A DNA stretch of 7,837 nt from PVC group bacterium (GTDB taxonomy: Bacteria; GCA-001730085; JADFSZ01), in contig JADFSZ010000080.1 in NCBI GenBank assembly GCA_022560555.1, forward strand, positions 1 to 7,837. Direction: 5' to 3'. The notes beneath the pieces are model-generated. The model worked only from the letters and a program-made list of their open reading frames with translations, made no database searches and was not told the DNA's origin. The position numbers were made by a program, and so were the translations under genes. Of this stretch, positions 5,974-7,837 are shown piece by piece; positions within the stretch are counted from its first letter, which is position 1; the number at the start of each line of letters is the position of its first letter.

Positions 5974-6771
5974 TTACAGAGATTTTCTCTTTTTCAAGAA
6001 ACCAACCAGACCTGCGCCCAAAAGCACAAGACTCGCCGGTTCAGGAACGGGTGCTGTTCCTGTCAAAGGATCTTGACTAGTGAAATCCCATATATCACCG
6101 CCATCTATAAAAATACTCGACGTTAATCCAAACTGAGCCCCTGTGATAGGGTTCGTGAACCAGTCGATACCGGTATTATTCGTAGTGAACACGAAAGTGG
6201 CCGCTGCGGTAATATCGCTGTTCGGACCTGTACCATCGGCTCCAAGCGGATTCGTACCCGAAATTGGATCCTTTACTGTCGTTTCATAGAACAGTGATTC
6301 AAGTTCGGCCAAAAGTGTAGCACCGACGTTACCGTCACCAAATGATGCCTCCGCAGCCGCAAGCGATGAATTGTCGATATCGCTTGTATCCAACCACATG
6401 TCCAACACGGCATCCCAAGAGGCAACTCCACCTCCCACAACACTATCCAACGTTAACGTGAATTCACCATCGATAAATTCACCGGTAGAGAATCCTGATA
6501 CCCACCAACTTGTATCAAGGGCTCCAGTAATAACCACAACACCGCCGATAATTTCGGCAGGCGCTCTTTGAATCGTGGTCACCTTATAGAAACCTTTGAT
6601 TTCATCAGGAACTCCGGATGTAAACCCAGTTTGATCAGGGATGTATTCCCAGTTAGTGTACTTGAAAAAGTACTGATAGCCTTGTTCAAGCTGAAACGAA
6701 ACAGCGTGAGCTGTTCCTGCTACAGACAGAACACAGATAGCTAACAAAATAGCAAATAAGTTTTTTTTCAT
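5974..6771 (-). CDS. Secreted PEP-CTERM sorting-domain protein (exosortase substrate), 265 aa
   Basis: The C-terminus TAPVPEPASLVLLGAGLVGFLKKRKSL has the VPEP motif (nt 6037-6048), a hydrophobic helix and a basic tail, which is the PEP-CTERM signature. I placed the start at ATG 6771..6769 (MKKNLFAILLAICVLSVAGTAHA|VS, a classic Sec signal) because it is preceded by a strong SD, AAGGAGGTG (6785..6777), with a 5-nt spacer. The ORF-track extension to 6855 lacks an SD and contains the promoter. The mature part is acidic, Gly/Thr/Asp-rich and Cys-free, with no domain I recognise. Confidence 0.88.
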   Translation of the reverse strand: MKKNLFAILLAICVLSVAGTAHAVSFQLEQGYQYFFKYTNWEYIPDQTGFTSGVPDEIKGFYKVTTIQRAPAEIIGGVVVITGALDTSWWVSGFSTGEFIDGEFTLTLDSVVGGGVASWDAVLDMWLDTSDIDNSSLAAAEASFGDGNVGATLLAELESLFYETTVKDPISGTNPLGADGTGPNSDITAAATFVFTTNNTGIDWFTNPITGAQFGLTSSIFIDGGDIWDFTSQDPLTGTAPVPEPASLVLLGAGLVGFLKKRKSL

Positions 6772-6827
6772 TGTTACACCTCCTTTCCCTATAATCTCGT
6801 TTTTTCTTATCATTTGGGAGATGGAAG

Positions 6828-6843
6828 AGCAATCGTGATGCCA
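6828..6843 (-). promoter_or_regulatory. Sigma-54 (RpoN) -24/-12 promoter candidate for the PEP-CTERM gene
   Basis: Minus strand: TTTT-TGGCAT-CACGA-TTGCT-CTT, versus the consensus TGGCAC-N5-TTGCW. GG and GC have the exact canonical spacing. The GC element is 58 nt upstream of the ATG, predicting a ~45-nt leader. I found no convincing sigma-70 -35/-10 pair in the same spacer. Confidence 0.6.
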
Positions 6844-7136
6844 AAAACGACACAATTTGTAAACAGTTAATAAATATAAAGTTATGGATAATATGTTCCC
6901 CTTGCATTTCTACTAAAACTGCCTGCCTTTGTTGATTAGAGCAAACAGAACAATTACCTCTACGAAGATTCAGTTTTGTAATCGATGTAACTATTTTATT
7001 ATTAGTATTTTATGGAAAATACGGGACGGAATTTGTGAATGTTGAAGGAATACGACATGTTTGTCGATCTCAACGTATATATATAGACAAGATCTAAGTC
7101 AAATTAAGATAAGGCTATATGGGAACCAATCTCAAG

Positions 7137-7802
7137 CTATGCTGGACGCGGGGGCCGTTTTTGAAGATCATGGATCAAGCTTTCTGCTTCAGGCAAAGTA
7201 TCTTTGATCCAATCCGCTTCCACAAGATAGCGCCCCGGAAGACTGGTCGTGAGCGCGATACAAGACAAGCCCGCCTGCTTCGCGGATCGGATTCCGTACG
7301 GGGCATTTTCAATAACAAGAATCTCACGAGCCGGCAAGTCTAAGGCTTTCACAGCTTTCTGATAAGGCTCCGGATGCGGCTTTCCAAAGGATACATCCGT
7401 TCCTGTAACGATAACGTGAAAATATTTCCGGAATGTTTTGGGAAGTAATTTTTCGACTTCCGGGCGGGACGTTCCTGTCACCAAGCCCAGCAACAGGCCT
7501 TTTTGAAAAAATCGGGTCACACAATTTTCGGCATGAGGAAAGAAATCCGCGGGGGAAAGGCCTTTAAATATTTTCTCTTTGGCGGACAAGAGTTTTCGGA
7601 TATTTTCAGGGCTTGAGGATTGATGATTTTTTTCTAATATTTCCTTTGCGGTAATTTGGCCTTGTTCTCCTTCGCGTTTATAAATATCCAGTTTAGAAAC
7701 AGTGATATTGTTTTGTCTGAACGCTTCCGCCCACGATTCAAAGTGAGACGGCATGCTGTCCATAATCACACCGTCCATATCTAAGATGACTCCACGAACC
7801 AT
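7137..7802 (-). CDS. HAD-superfamily hydrolase, subfamily IA (beta-phosphoglucomutase/sugar-phosphatase-like), 221 aa
   Basis: Motif I VILDMDGVIMDS (DxDG), motif II LVTGTSR, motif III GKPHPEPY, motif IV ENAPYGIRSAKQAGL, with a helical cap domain between motifs I and II. The M start 7 residues before DxDG is family-typical, and GGAG lies 12 nt upstream. Caveat: the reading frame stays open upstream to the window edge, so a longer N-terminus cannot be excluded. Confidence 0.88.
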   Translation of the reverse strand: MVRGVILDMDGVIMDSMPSHFESWAEAFRQNNITVSKLDIYKREGEQGQITAKEILEKNHQSSSPENIRKLLSAKEKIFKGLSPADFFPHAENCVTRFFQKGLLLGLVTGTSRPEVEKLLPKTFRKYFHVIVTGTDVSFGKPHPEPYQKAVKALDLPAREILVIENAPYGIRSAKQAGLSCIALTTSLPGRYLVEADWIKDTLPEAESLIHDLQKRPPRPA

Positions 7803-7803
7803 C

Positions 7804-7837
7804 TTAGGAATCGTCTCCGCGATGATGAACGGTACCG
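7804..7837 (-). CDS. Possible 3' end of an upstream gene (partial; ...GTVHHRGDDS*)
   Basis: A minus-strand frame open from the window edge ends at TAA (7806..7804), 1 nt before the HAD ATG. That is a typical operon junction, but 11 codons carry essentially no statistical support. Confidence 0.2.
   Translation of the reverse strand, partial: GTVHHRGDDS

Noticed and set aside
6371-6571. 66-aa plus-strand ORF inside the PEP-CTERM gene
   Set aside because: Antisense shadow ORF.
6772-6907. The 28-codon upstream extension of the PEP-CTERM ORF (to 6855) and the overlapping 73-aa ORF 6686-6907
   Set aside because: The strong SD AAGGAGGTG and the signal peptide begin at ATG 6771. The extension carries the sigma-54 promoter and a Cys/His/Trp-rich non-protein-like sequence. 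The 73-aa ORF is out of frame over the real start.
5835-7084. Tiny intergenic ORFs: 24 aa (+) from ATG 5835, 15 aa (+) from ATG 7039, 18 aa (-) from ATG 7059
   Set aside because: None has a Shine-Dalgarno sequence, all are very short, and one runs through the terminator hairpin. There is no basis to call them peptides.
7119-7524. 74-aa (+) and 66-aa (-) ORFs overlapping the HAD gene
   Set aside because: Antisense or out-of-frame overlaps of a CDS that carries all four HAD motifs.
1-7837. Search for defence systems, toxin-antitoxin pairs, transposases or prophage remnants
   Set aside because: Every substantial ORF is accounted for by a housekeeping or envelope function. No inverted terminal repeats or mobility genes were seen.

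Overview
AT-rich bacterial chromosomal segment, mostly housekeeping genes, and most likely from a diderm environmental lineage given the PEP-CTERM protein; I cannot assign the organism from sequence alone. On the minus strand, reading from high to low coordinates: a possible 3' end of an upstream gene, a HAD-family phosphatase, a 365-bp regulatory spacer, and a secreted PEP-CTERM (exosortase-sorted) protein. After the divergently placed rpmB (L28, plus strand) comes a tightly packed minus-strand run: recG, a ManC-like mannose-1-phosphate guanylyltransferase, ruvX/yqgF, a TPR + HExxH (peptidase-MA-like) exported protein, and then tRNA-Arg(CCG). I see no CRISPR array, transposase, integrase, toxin-antitoxin pair or recognisable defence genes. 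Two signals stand out. (1) A near-consensus sigma-54 -24/-12 promoter (TGGCAT-N5-TTGCT) lies directly upstream of the PEP-CTERM gene, inside the ORF-caller's spurious N-terminal extension. (2) Five tandem 17-bp repeats fill the recG/rpmB divergent spacer. Each unit carries a TCCTT/AAGGA dyad, which is anti-SD/SD-like on the recG strand; the array supplies the recG ribosome-binding site and abuts a strong rpmB promoter. Several ORF-track starts appear over-extended (ruvX, the PEP-CTERM gene). All other ORF-track entries look like shadow ORFs. Every functional call rests on motif recognition by eye, with no database search.
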